From a virus, in IMG/VR virus record IMGVR_UViG_3300031555_003913, positions 1,126 through 65,125 of that record: a stretch of DNA of 64,000 nt, one strand, 5' to 3'. A program made the position numbers and the translations under genes. Position 1 is the first letter of the stretch. Each line of letters opens with the position of its first letter. Shown here in pieces: positions 10,170 to 20,265 of this stretch. The notes under the pieces were generated by a model that was given only the letters and a program-made list of their open reading frames with translations, ran no database searches and was not told the origin of the DNA.

Positions 10170-11021
10170 ATTATTAATGAAAGAGTTGAGGTTCAACAGT
10201 ACCTCCAGGGGAAAAATCTGCATCGCGATATTGAATATCGTATTTGTTTGTTGCTGGCGAAGTGGTATTACGAACAGGGGTATACTACTGTAGAAGGAAT
10301 TAGAGAACAGTTAAAACACTGGGCTAAAGAAAATCGTTTTTACTTTGAGGTGGCCATGAATCCGGTGGCCGCCCGGGTAATTAATGATAAAATGAAACTT
10401 CAGGGAGATTATACGGTATATATCAGCGACAATGATATTAATGAGATAAAGGAGCGTTTTGACAATTACTATGAGCGTTTGGTAGCCTTAGGGGTGCTTG
10501 CTTATGCTAAAGTATATGCTGATAAAAATGGCGAATTTAAACTGTCTCATTCTGGTGTATCCAGATGGCTTGGTATAAATTTGCAAACGGTTACCAAATA
10601 CATTGATATGCTTGAGCGGCTGAAATACATAAAGAAAGTCAAGACAGGAACAACAAAGTCGTGGTATCAGAAAACAGTAGCGGTTCAGCTGAATAGATAC
10701 CGCATTTTAGTTCCGTATGAAAATACCGGCACTCATGCATTGGCAAACAACAACATTGCGGCGGCTTATGACGAGATCTTTAATGGGTGTAATTATGACG
10801 CAGAAGAATGGTATCCTATCCCAGGATTTAATGACTGGTACGAAGTTAGCAATATGAATCGTGTGAAAGCCAAAGAAAGAGAAATCGGATTGCGACTTTA
10901 TCCAGAAAAAATCATCAGACCTTTCAAGAGTAAGTCCGGTAAATTATATGCAAATTTAACAGACGAAAGCGGTAAACAGAGAAAACTTAGCATAGAAAAA
11001 CTCCTTGAAATTTCCAGATAA
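10170..11021 (+). CDS. Conserved phage HTH protein with C-terminal NUMOD4 motif (probable ATT start)
   Basis: Frame open upstream of 10248 to ATT after AAGGGGG RBS; central HTH-like segment; EEWYPIPGFNDWYEVSNMNRVK is NUMOD4-like. Confidence 0.7.
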   Translation: MINERVEVQQYLQGKNLHRDIEYRICLLLAKWYYEQGYTTVEGIREQLKHWAKENRFYFEVAMNPVAARVINDKMKLQGDYTVYISDNDINEIKERFDNYYERLVALGVLAYAKVYADKNGEFKLSHSGVSRWLGINLQTVTKYIDMLERLKYIKKVKTGTTKSWYQKTVAVQLNRYRILVPYENTGTHALANNNIAAAYDEIFNGCNYDAEEWYPIPGFNDWYEVSNMNRVKAKEREIGLRLYPEKIIRPFKSKSGKLYANLTDESGKQRKLSIEKLLEISR

Positions 11022-11038
11022 AAAAGACCTGTGTATTA

Positions 11039-11103
11039 TGAAATCTAAGTATATAGACTTATAAGAATGTACAAAAAACAAACTTTTATATACTTAGATT
11101 TCA
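11039..11103. repeat. Perfect 17-bp inverted repeat
   Basis: TGAAATCTAAGTATATA ... TATATACTTAGATTTCA, 31-nt spacer. Confidence 0.85.
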
Positions 11104-11130
11104 AATACAAACACAAGGAGAAACGGAATA

Positions 11131-11295
11131 ATGATTATGATTACAAAAGCGGAAGCCGATTATATTAGAGAACATGCTAAGAATGTTCGTATTGTAACCA
11201 CTGGCAGAAATAAGAACAAGAGACAGAAGAAGAGATATGCTGATGAAAGCAGAGAAACTTATCGTCTCCTGCAGCGTTTCCATACCACTAAGTAG
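11131..11295 (+). CDS. Small basic protein (54 aa)
   Basis: MIMITKAEADYIREH... with AAGGAG RBS; below the ORF-track cutoff. Confidence 0.65.
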   Translation: MIMITKAEADYIREHAKNVRIVTTGRNKNKRQKKRYADESRETYRLLQRFHTTK

Positions 11296-12510
11296 TGAGG
11301 TGCGGTATGGGGGTTACATGGAAGAGATTATCCGGAGAAACTGAAAACGGATATATATATAGAATCTGCTCCAACAAAGAAGCTATTGGTACTTGGTATG
11401 ATGTTGCTGACATTCTCAATGCGGAACTTGGAAGAGAATGGAATGAATCAGCCTATCGTAAGAAATATCAGAGTGGCAAAGCTTTTTTAGAAGAAAAAGA
11501 AGATGAGCTTTTTGAGAGCGAATCCTATATTGAAAAAATGCGTAAAGAGCGAGAGGAACTGCAGCGTGAAAGAATCAAGTTGCAGACCGAAAAGCTTGAA
11601 TATAATAAATGGCTGAGAGAGCACGCTAGGGACGAGTTGTTTGAAGAAAAGATAGTTAATAGTATTTATGAAGTTCTGGGGACAGTGCAAGCGCCTAAAG
11701 CCATACCTGTTAAACGTAGCGAAAGATGCGGAGTATTAATTTTTGGTGATACACATTTCGGGAAAGATTTTACTATTAAAGGTCTAAATGGAGAAATCAT
11801 CAATGTATATAACCCGGAAGTTTTTGAATCTCGAATGAATCAGTTATTGTCTGAAACAATTGATTATTGTAAAAAAGAAGATCTAAAATATATAAAAGTA
11901 TTATGTTTAGGAGATTGTCTTGATGGCTACTTAAGACATTCTCAGGCGTTTAGTTTGAGATATGGAGTTATTGAATCAGCGATCAAGTTTGCAGATTATA
12001 TGGCGCAGTGGTTCATGGAATTATCAAAATATGTTGCTGTAGAGGCTGGCTTTACAACTGGCAATCATGGAGAGCTTAGGTTACTTGATGGTAGAAAAGG
12101 TCAACATCTAAACGAAAATATAGAAACTGTTATTGTCGAAATAATCAAAATTTACAATAAAGATAATATTAATTTTGAATTAATTCCAGATAATTGCGGA
12201 TATATCTTTACGGATGCTGTTGGGTATTCATTACTTGGCATCCATGGTGAAGTAAAAGATGCAGTGGAAGCAGTTAAAGAATTTTCAAATGTGTATGATA
12301 AAAAAAATCGATTATCTTTGCACTGCTCATAAGCATCATGCATCTTATAATAATTGTGGCACCCGGCGTGGAGTTATTGGGGTTGGATCTATTATGGGCA
12401 GCGATGATTTTTTTATGAAAATCCGTAGAGCTGCAGATGCGACGGCATCTCTTATAATTTTTGAAAAAGGCAAAGGCAAGGTTGATGATCATACTTTTGT
12501 ATTAAATTAA
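11295..12510 (+). pseudogene. Calcineurin-like metallophosphoesterase, frameshifted at an A8 run (12300-12307)
   Basis: Motifs GDTH, LGD, GNHG and HG lie in one frame; AHKHH lies in the next frame; removing one A joins them. Confidence 0.75.
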
Positions 12511-12614
12511 ATATCGTAAAACTTCGACAGGACAGAGGATAGCTCCCTTTTCTATTTGCTGCTACAGATAGATTACTGTCGATTTTATTATATCTTTTAG
12601 CAGGAGGATATAAT

Positions 12615-13769
12615 ATGAGTGGTAAAAAATGTGGAATATATTGTATAAAAAATTTAGTAAATGAAAAAATGTATATTGGACAATCTATATACATACAAAA
12701 AAGATGGCGAACACATAAGAGTGCTTTAAGAGGTAATAAGCATCATAATTCCGAATTGCAAGATGACTGGAATAAGTATGGAGAGGAAAATTTTATTTTT
12801 GAAATACTTACGGAATGTACTAAAGAAGCTTTAGATATTTTAGAAGTAGAATATATTCATGAGTATGGAACATTCTGGAGCGGGTACAACAATGACTTTG
12901 GTGGAGAACATACAAAAGGACATGCGAGTTGTTATAATGATATTGAAAAAACTGCTATTAGCGAATCCAGAGCAGAAGCACAGTCTCATAGGAGTATAGC
13001 TATTATACAGATTGACTTTGATGGTAATGTTGTGAATAAGTGGAATAGTATATCCGCGGCAGCAAAATCATTAAATATCAGATCTCAAAGTTTGTATGAT
13101 GCGGTACACCAAAATGGCCGGAAGACTCTTGCTGGATATATATGGGTAAAAGAATGTGATTATACTCCGGATATTATCATTAGTGATTATTTTAATTCGC
13201 ATAATGTTAGTAGAAAAGTTGTTCAGTATGATAAATTAGGAAATGTAATTAATATATATCCTAATTTTAATTATCTTAACCGATATACAGAGTACGATGG
13301 TAGTTGTGTTCGTAAGTGTTGTATAGGAGAAAAGCTTTCATATAAAAACTTTATCTGGAGATACGATGGGGATGTATTTGATAAATACCCAACGCAAAAA
13401 ATCTCTCGTGCCAGAAAAATATATAAATATACTCCTGATGGTAAATTAGTTGATATTTATCTTTCGACAAACGATGCAGCGAAAAAGACCGGATATAATA
13501 AAAATAGTATTGCCAATGCATTATCTGGGAAAAGCTTATCTCATATGGGATATATTTGGAGATATGAAGGAGAATCTTTTGATAAATATAACACTAATAT
13601 AAAAAATGTCAAACAAATAGAACAGTATGATTTAGATGATAATTTTATAAAAATATTCGACAGCACAAGTGTTGCTGCTAAAGAGTTAGGCGTGAGTAAA
13701 GATATGATTTACAAATGCCTATGCGGAAAGTGCAAAACCGCACACGGTTTCATTTGGAAATATGTATAG
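12615..13769 (+). CDS. Free-standing GIY-YIG homing endonuclease with NUMOD1-type repeats
   Basis: GIYCIKNLVNEKMYIGQS...RW..H; four repeats of the S.xxAA.....I..C..G......G.IW type. Confidence 0.88.
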   Translation: MSGKKCGIYCIKNLVNEKMYIGQSIYIQKRWRTHKSALRGNKHHNSELQDDWNKYGEENFIFEILTECTKEALDILEVEYIHEYGTFWSGYNNDFGGEHTKGHASCYNDIEKTAISESRAEAQSHRSIAIIQIDFDGNVVNKWNSISAAAKSLNIRSQSLYDAVHQNGRKTLAGYIWVKECDYTPDIIISDYFNSHNVSRKVVQYDKLGNVINIYPNFNYLNRYTEYDGSCVRKCCIGEKLSYKNFIWRYDGDVFDKYPTQKISRARKIYKYTPDGKLVDIYLSTNDAAKKTGYNKNSIANALSGKSLSHMGYIWRYEGESFDKYNTNIKNVKQIEQYDLDDNFIKIFDSTSVAAKELGVSKDMIYKCLCGKCKTAHGFIWKYV

Positions 13770-13921
13770 TATTAAACAGAACTCACCACGCCTCTGATTC
13801 ATGCGCAACCCGGTAGGATATATGCGAGCTCCCCACGCCTATGTGTCATTACATTAAAAATTTACTGGCATACGCGGACCACGGGGAGCCTTTTTAATTT
13901 TTTGAGAACTGGAGAAATAAC

Positions 13922-14197
13922 ATGACGACAAAAGAATTATTTGAGGCAGTAGCCCTCGAAAACGAAATAGATCCTCGGCTGGCCAAGAAAATATGTCAGT
14001 CGATGTTAGATATAATCAAGAGAGAATTAAAAGACGGTAGATCCGTAACAATTTCTGCTTTTGGTGTTTATGAAACCAAAATTAGAGAACAGAGAAATGG
14101 ATATAATCCAAAAAGCAAAGAATCAATTGTAATTCCAGCTAAAAGATATCCGGTGTTTAGGGCAGCAAAAGCCCTTAAAGAAGAAATAAGCGAGTAA
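13922..14197 (+). CDS. hup: HU-like DNA-binding protein
   Basis: FGVYETKIREQRNGYNPKSKESIVIPAKRYPVFRAAKALK matches the HU/IHF arm. Confidence 0.9.
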   Translation: MTTKELFEAVALENEIDPRLAKKICQSMLDIIKRELKDGRSVTISAFGVYETKIREQRNGYNPKSKESIVIPAKRYPVFRAAKALKEEISE

Positions 14198-14298
14198 CTC
14201 TTTTCTTTCTTTATATAGCATTACTACATCACACTCCTTTCCTTTTCACTTTTATTTTTTTGCTCCTTTTTATACATAGTGGTGTAGTAATGCATTAT

Positions 14299-14384
14299 TG
14301 GAGGGCGGCAGAGTTGGAGAGCTGCGCCTGACTGTAAATCAGGTGCTTCAGGCTGAGTGGGTTCGAATCCCACCCCTCCAACCA
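14299..14384 (+). tRNA. tRNA-Tyr(GTA)
   Basis: Cloverleaf: TGGAGGG/CCCTCCA, CCTGA-CTGTAAA-TCAGG, GTGGG-TTCGAAT-CCCAC, long variable arm, encoded CCA. Confidence 0.88.
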
Positions 14385-14455
14385 TAATTTTCTCAGCGCT
14401 GGCATACCGCGCATATAGTATGCTCCCCTTTTATTTTTTACGGGAGGTAAGAGAC

Positions 14456-14761
14456 ATGGATTTTGATATGACGGAACTTGAAGTTTTGGATTTTATAAAT
14501 AGAAGATTTTCCTTTGAGGATAGATGGCTATCAGGCAACTGCTTTTATTTTGCCAAGATATTGCAAGATAGATTTGGCGGCAGTATATATTATTTACCTA
14601 TCATTGGTCATTTTGTTACTAAGATAGATGGTAATTATTATGATTGGACCGGCAAATTAAGCGATGAGCAATTAGCAGAAGATAGACTGACATCATGGGA
14701 TTATCTTAAATACGCAGATCCCCTACTTTATCATAAACTTATAAGAGATTGTGTGAATTAA
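14456..14761 (+). CDS. Hypothetical phage protein (GNCFYFA...GHFV...YYDWTG)
   Basis: GGAGGT RBS before ATG 14456; Cys/His/Asp motif. Confidence 0.7.
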   Translation: MDFDMTELEVLDFINRRFSFEDRWLSGNCFYFAKILQDRFGGSIYYLPIIGHFVTKIDGNYYDWTGKLSDEQLAEDRLTSWDYLKYADPLLYHKLIRDCVN

Positions 14762-14767
14762 AAATGT

Positions 14768-14844
14768 GCGACATTAGTCTAGCTGGTTAAAACGCCAGAC
14801 TGTTAATCTGGATAGCCTTGGTTCAAATCCAGGATGTCGCGCCA
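14768..14844 (+). tRNA. tRNA-Asn(GTT)
   Basis: GCGACAT/ATGTCGC acceptor; CCAGA-CTGTTAA-TCTGG; TTCAAAT loop; CCA. Confidence 0.88.
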
Positions 14845-14848
14845 TCAT

Positions 14849-14943
14849 GGACGGGTACCGAAGTGGTCATAACGGCGCAGACTTGAAATCTGTTGTGTCA
14901 GCTAGTACCTGACGCGTGGGTTCAAATCCTACCCCGTCCGCCA
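14849..14943 (+). tRNA. tRNA-Ser(TGA)
   Basis: GGACGGG/CCCGTCC; GCAGA-CTTGAAA-TCTGT; long variable arm; G73 and CCA. Confidence 0.9.
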
Positions 14944-15005
14944 TAAAATTTATCGGAGAGGTATGCCCTCTCCTTTTTTATTTTAGTGAAACGGAGGTGC
15001 TGCCG

Positions 15006-16094
15006 ATGGGCAGAAAACCAAAAGTGGTGGCACCAGAGCCACCAGAGATAAAAAATGATATAAAACTTTACAAGTGTGTTTGTTGTGGGAAAGAAACAGA
15101 TACTCCTAAAGGCACATTTTACAAAAGCCAGAGTTCGATGTTTGAAGCCAATGATGGATATGCCCCATTATGTCAGAAATGTGCTCAAGCTAAGTTTGAA
15201 GAATTTTCAAACAGATTTGATGAGCGAACTGCAATGGTGATTTTATGTCACTATCTTGATGTACCTTTTTTCTACGCACTGTATGACAGCGTAAGAGTTA
15301 ATAATGATACATTTACAGTAGGCACCTATCTTAGACAGCTTAATCAAAAACAATACACTCGGAAGAGTTTTGTCAATACATTGCTCGATAAGAAAGAGCT
15401 AATGGTAGATGCACAGAAGTTTGAAGATATTAAAGAAAATACAAGATGGAAAATATCTGAGCAAAGAAATAAAAATAATGCAATTGATATTATTGGATAC
15501 GATCCATTTGAAGGATATAGCGAAGATCAAAGACGATTCTTGTTTAATAATATCATTAATTACCTCGAAGAAGATGGTATTGAAGATGATAATTTTAAGA
15601 TGTCTCAGATTATACAACTTGTAAATAACAACTACCAAATTAGCCAGGTTGATATGGCGATAGCCAGACTTGACGCTATAACACAGATTACTGATATACG
15701 AATTCTTCAGGCAGCTAAAAAGAGTCTTGTAGATGCGAATGATAAGATTGCCAAGGAAAATGGGATATCTGTTAAGAATCGACTGAATCAACAGGCTGGT
15801 CAAAATACATTCACATATAAGATTAAGCATATGAGAGAAATTGATATACCAGAAGCTGAGGCAAACTTTTATAATCAACTTAAAGGAATTGGTTCTCAAT
15901 GGGCTGCTAATATGAGTTTAAAGGCTATTCGTGAGAATGGTTTTTTTGATGAAAATGATTTCAAGGATATCCTTGAAAATCAATATAAGATGATTCAGGA
16001 TCTTCAGTCAAAGCTTGATGATGTTGAAGAATCCAATCGCTTACTCCTTATAGAAAATGATGAATTAAAGGAGGGCGGAAAACGTGGCAAGTAA
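15006..16094 (+). CDS. Zn-finger protein upstream of terminase (possible small terminase subunit)
   Basis: CVCC...CQKC; GGAGGT RBS; overlaps the terminase start. Confidence 0.6.
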   Translation: MGRKPKVVAPEPPEIKNDIKLYKCVCCGKETDTPKGTFYKSQSSMFEANDGYAPLCQKCAQAKFEEFSNRFDERTAMVILCHYLDVPFFYALYDSVRVNNDTFTVGTYLRQLNQKQYTRKSFVNTLLDKKELMVDAQKFEDIKENTRWKISEQRNKNNAIDIIGYDPFEGYSEDQRRFLFNNIINYLEEDGIEDDNFKMSQIIQLVNNNYQISQVDMAIARLDAITQITDIRILQAAKKSLVDANDKIAKENGISVKNRLNQQAGQNTFTYKIKHMREIDIPEAEANFYNQLKGIGSQWAANMSLKAIRENGFFDENDFKDILENQYKMIQDLQSKLDDVEESNRLLLIENDELKEGGKRGK

Positions 16095-18500
16095 AAATCA
16101 GAAAATTGCGATGACAGATACAAAATGGAATAATTTTGTTATGGATGCTAAGCTGTTGAGTTACTTCAGACGGAATCCATGTATTGCAGCTAAAGAACTT
16201 CTTTTTGTATCACTGCTTGATTCGCAGAAATATATACTAACTTCTTCGTGGAATACACCACAGAATGTTTGGGCTTGCTCTCGAAATTTTGGCAAGTCTT
16301 TTTTAATTGCAGTAATGGCTATTTTGAAGGCTGTTTTGTATGAAAATCAGAATATTTACATAATTAGTTCGGTTGGTTCACAGGCTAAATCCTTGGCGTG
16401 CTAGTCAGTAATGATTAGTATTATCAGGGGGTAAAATCGGCGAATCCTAAGTCATTTGATATGGCAACGCCGAGGTAAGCTGGCGGATAGCGAAAGGCCG
16501 CCAGACACCGTAACGCATAGGTGGTGAATAAATATAATCCACCCACGAGTGCCCCTCACCCTACTCTTTTGAGGGGTGAAAACGTATGCTGAACTTATTC
16601 GAAAGAATAAGAAATGTCGGATAAAAAGCCGGCATGATAACATTCAAAAGAAGGAAACTTTTTTAAAGATTCAAGAATTAGTACTTAGACAAGGTAGAAC
16701 TGCAGAGTCTTTTGACTTTCAAGGAATGCCAAATTATATACGACATGAGATTGTTACGAATCCGTCGAACAAAGATGGGTTTAAGCATTCACCAGAATCA
16801 TATTCCGTATCATTTTATAATGGTAGTACTATTTATACATTGAATTCAAAACCGGACAACATTAGAGGTTTACTGAATTGCACTAAGTTTGCCTCTCCAC
16901 TTAGTAATAAGTGTGCATGAAACTGAGGAAGAAAACTGGGAGCCTGAGATGGTAATCAGACTGGAAGGCTGATGGTAATACATTGGTCACAGGCAGAGCG
17001 TACCGGATGAAACTATTTATAGAATATAATTCCGGCAAGAGTCCTCGGCCCCTATTAGGGTGAAAAGGTACGCCAACCTTACAGGAATATGAACTGTAAG
17101 AACTATGGGATAAAAAGCCTGTAGGGTAATAATTGAAACGTGCAACCGTAATATTCTTCGACGAAGCGGCGTTTTGTTCAGAAGAAATTCTATCAATCGC
17201 TGCAGCCTTTGGTGCTCAGGACAATGACTTTAAAACCTCTGCATCAGAAAATTTTGATTTGAGAAAAAGACCAAAACAGGTTCCAGTCCAGGTGGTTTAT
17301 GCATCATCTCAGGATAGCATGGATACTGTGTTTTATAAAAACTATAAGAATTTCGCAAAAGAAATGATCGCAGGTAATCGTAATTTCTTTGTTTGCGATA
17401 TGCCATGTACAACAGCAATTCAGGTATATATGGATGGCGAGCCTCACGCACCTTTGTTATCACAGGATCTTGTTGATACTGAAATGAAAAAAAATCCTGA
17501 AAAGGCAAGGCGCGAATTCTATAATATTCCGACTATGGATGGTGGCGTAACTCAAATTATCAAATGGGGTACAGTCCGACGCAACGAAAAAACTATCATT
17601 CCTTATGCCGAATGGAAGCCGAACAATCGTATTGTTATGGCATTTGACCCTGCTCGTACAAACGACAACTCTATTCTTGGAGTTATGAATCTCTACGAGG
17701 ATCCAGAATTAGGATTATGTGGTCAAATCATTAATTGCGTAAATTTTATAGATACGGCAAGTCGAAATAAATATAAGCTTGATGTTAATAGGCAAGTTGG
17801 ATTACTGCGTCACTATATTGCTACATACAATGGAGATAATCCAGATTATGAATATATTGATATGATATATCTTGATGCTGGTGCCGGAGGAGGCGGTCAG
17901 CTTTATGGAGATTTATTACTAAATGATTGGTATGATTCAAAAGGTCGTAAACATCATGGTTTGATTGATAAATCAAATGAACTATATGATGGTTATACAA
18001 AAACATATCGTGATGCTGTAGATAAAATTCGACTAATTAATCCACGAGCATTACGTACTCAGATGGTAGAAGAGTTTATAGAATTGTTTAATCTCGGTGT
18101 GATCAAACTTCCAATAGAATATAGTGGTCAAGATTTTATTAGAATTCCAATTCCAGAAGACGAGAAACCAAAGCGCCGAGGAAAGCAATCTGAGGACGAT
18201 ACGTCCGATGATAAGTTGTATTATTTAAGCCAGGATGAAAAATTATCATTGTCTCAGATTGATCTTATGAAGACAGAAATTACATCTATCCATAAGTTTA
18301 CTAATCCTGATAATACTACGGTAAGGTATTCACTGCCTAAAGAAAAAGAAAACAAAATGCATGACGACCGTTTTTATGTGGCAATATTGCTTGCCCATCG
18401 TCTCTATGAACTTCGTCGTGAAAAAGCGATAAAGTCACGTAAAAAGACTAAAGATACTTCTGCCCTATTGCAAATGCGGGCACCAAAATTATATAGATAA
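16084..18500 (+). CDS. terL: Terminase large subunit, spliced from exons 16084-16386, 16651-16869, 17136-18500 (628 aa)
   Basis: Walker A SRNFGKS, Walker B IFFDEA, nuclease FDPA and HDDR; junctions GSQA|KETFLKI and NIRG|KRATVIFFDE. Confidence 0.9.
16387..16650 (+). ncRNA. Group I intron TerL-I1, ORF-less, 264 nt
   Basis: P1 GCU/GGC; P10 CCUU/AAGG; P7 GCATA/TATGC; terminal G16650. Confidence 0.88.
16870..17135 (+). ncRNA. Group I intron TerL-I2, ORF-less, 266 nt
   Basis: P1 AGAGGU/GCCUCU; P10 GUUU/AAAC; P7 GCGTA/TACGC; terminal G17135. Confidence 0.9.
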
Positions 18501-20035
18501 TGAAAGGAGGTTGTGAGTTGGCAACCAAAAACTCAAAAAAGAAGGCCCAACAAAAAGCCTCCAAAAAATTATCAGTTGCAGAACGTCGTAAACATCTTGA
18601 AAGACTTGATAGTCAGATGTACGCTGCTCAACTGGCAAAGTTGATGGTGTCTGATATTGGTAAGAAAGCTACTCGTACATACACACAGTATACTAAAGAA
18701 AATTACCGCACATATATTCAGAATCCATCATCTAATGAAAAAAATATTAGAGAGATGTCAAATTTTTTCTATCGTGCATCAATGCCGTATAGAAGATTTG
18801 TTAACTATATGAGTGACATCCCTCTTTTTTATTGGAATCTAACTCCTCAGCTGGATTTTACGAGCACTGTTAGCCCAGATAAAATATTAAAAAATTATTA
18901 TAAAATCCTTCAGATATTACAGAATATGTCAATGCCTCATGAATTCCGTAAGATTTTGAATACGGTGTTTCGTGAAGGTATTTTCTATGGGTTTATTTAT
19001 ACAGATAAGAACTCATTCTTTATCCACAAATTAGATCCAGAATACTGTAGAATCGTGGAAATTGAAGCTGGTTGTTTCAACTATGCTTTTGACTTATCAT
19101 TCTTTGATAAGTATGCAACATATCTTGAATATATGGATCCATACTTTACTACTCTATATAACGTATATCAAAGAGATAAAACAAATCAACGCTGGCAACT
19201 TGTCGATCCACAGAGATCTATCTGTATTAAAACTGATCCAGACAACGTTGATGAAAATTTACCAATGTTAATTGGTATTTTTGAAGCATTGATTGACCTT
19301 ATTGATGCTCGTACACTGCAGCGTAGCAAAGATGAAATACAGAACTATAAGCTAATTGTTCAAAAGATTCCTTATTTTGATGACACTAAAGAAGTCGATG
19401 ACTTCAGTTTGGATATTGAAACTGCTCTGAAGTTCTATCGTACATTAGTTGATGTTGTCCCAGAGGCTGTAGGTGTTGCACTCTCCCCTATGGATGTAGA
19501 CACTATAGATTTCAAAACAGATGATAATAGTAATGACTTAATAGCTACATCAATGAATAATGTTTTTGATGAATCTGGTCTACCAAAATTGTTGTTTAAC
19601 TCAAACACTACAGGTTCAGTTGGATTAGATGGCTCAATTAAGACGGACGTTGCCTGGGTATGGAAGACAGTTGAATGTCTTGAACGTTGGGTGCAGCGTT
19701 ACATTATGTATAACACTACAGGTAATACAAAGTATTTCTTTGAAATATTAAGAGTAGATATTTTTAATCGCGATGCGGTTTCAACTCATGAACTTGCGTT
19801 AGCAAATAGTGGTGTGCCAAATAAAATGAAGCTTGCCGCAACAAGTGGAATGAATCCATACGAAACTCTGTCTGCTCAGATTTTTGAAAATGAAGTTTTA
19901 CAGCTGCATATGAAATGGATTCCATTGCAAACTTCTTACACGCAGTCAGGTGAAGCTGATGCTGAAATAAAAGAGCCAAATGACGAAGGCGATCGTAACG
20001 CTGATGCAAATGGTAATGTTGATGAGGTGGAATAA
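18500..20035 (+). CDS. Portal protein (SPbeta YonE-like position)
   Basis: About 500 aa directly after TerL; C-terminal IPLQTSYTQSG. Confidence 0.75.
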   Translation: MKGGCELATKNSKKKAQQKASKKLSVAERRKHLERLDSQMYAAQLAKLMVSDIGKKATRTYTQYTKENYRTYIQNPSSNEKNIREMSNFFYRASMPYRRFVNYMSDIPLFYWNLTPQLDFTSTVSPDKILKNYYKILQILQNMSMPHEFRKILNTVFREGIFYGFIYTDKNSFFIHKLDPEYCRIVEIEAGCFNYAFDLSFFDKYATYLEYMDPYFTTLYNVYQRDKTNQRWQLVDPQRSICIKTDPDNVDENLPMLIGIFEALIDLIDARTLQRSKDEIQNYKLIVQKIPYFDDTKEVDDFSLDIETALKFYRTLVDVVPEAVGVALSPMDVDTIDFKTDDNSNDLIATSMNNVFDESGLPKLLFNSNTTGSVGLDGSIKTDVAWVWKTVECLERWVQRYIMYNTTGNTKYFFEILRVDIFNRDAVSTHELALANSGVPNKMKLAATSGMNPYETLSAQIFENEVLQLHMKWIPLQTSYTQSGEADAEIKEPNDEGDRNADANGNVDEVE

Positions 20036-20036
20036 A

Positions 20037-20213
20037 ATGAAACCTGGCACAAAATTTATTTTTACTAAAGATGAGAAAACCAAGAATAAACTTATTGAAG
20101 CTGGATATAAACTTATCTGCGAAACTGCTGGTGGGTGGCAATTTATAAATAAGAATGAGTTGGTTTTTGATAAATATGACAATGTGTTTATTACAGACAC
20201 ATTAACATTTTAA
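20037..20213 (+). CDS. Small hypothetical protein
   Basis: MKPGTKFIFTKDEKTKNKLIEAGY..., coupled to the portal stop. Confidence 0.6.
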   Translation: MKPGTKFIFTKDEKTKNKLIEAGYKLICETAGGWQFINKNELVFDKYDNVFITDTLTF

Positions 20214-20265
20214 TGGCTGGCACTCCAGTCTTTTTTTATTTTTTGAAGAAAGGAGGTGTTGGCTG

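Noticed and set aside
12520-13900. GIY-YIG gene as part of another group I intron
   Set aside because: No P7 pair or interrupted host gene was found on either side.
14357-15005. ORF-track starts MGSNPT... at 14357 and 14916
   Set aside because: These are translations of tRNA T-arms; better starts with RBS lie at 14456 and 15006.
6030-18500. Fragmented polymerase and terminase as pseudogenes, inteins or recoded stops
   Set aside because: The gaps contain group I cores and stop codons; removing them restores exact frames. No suppressor tRNA is present and other genes end normally at TAA/TAG.
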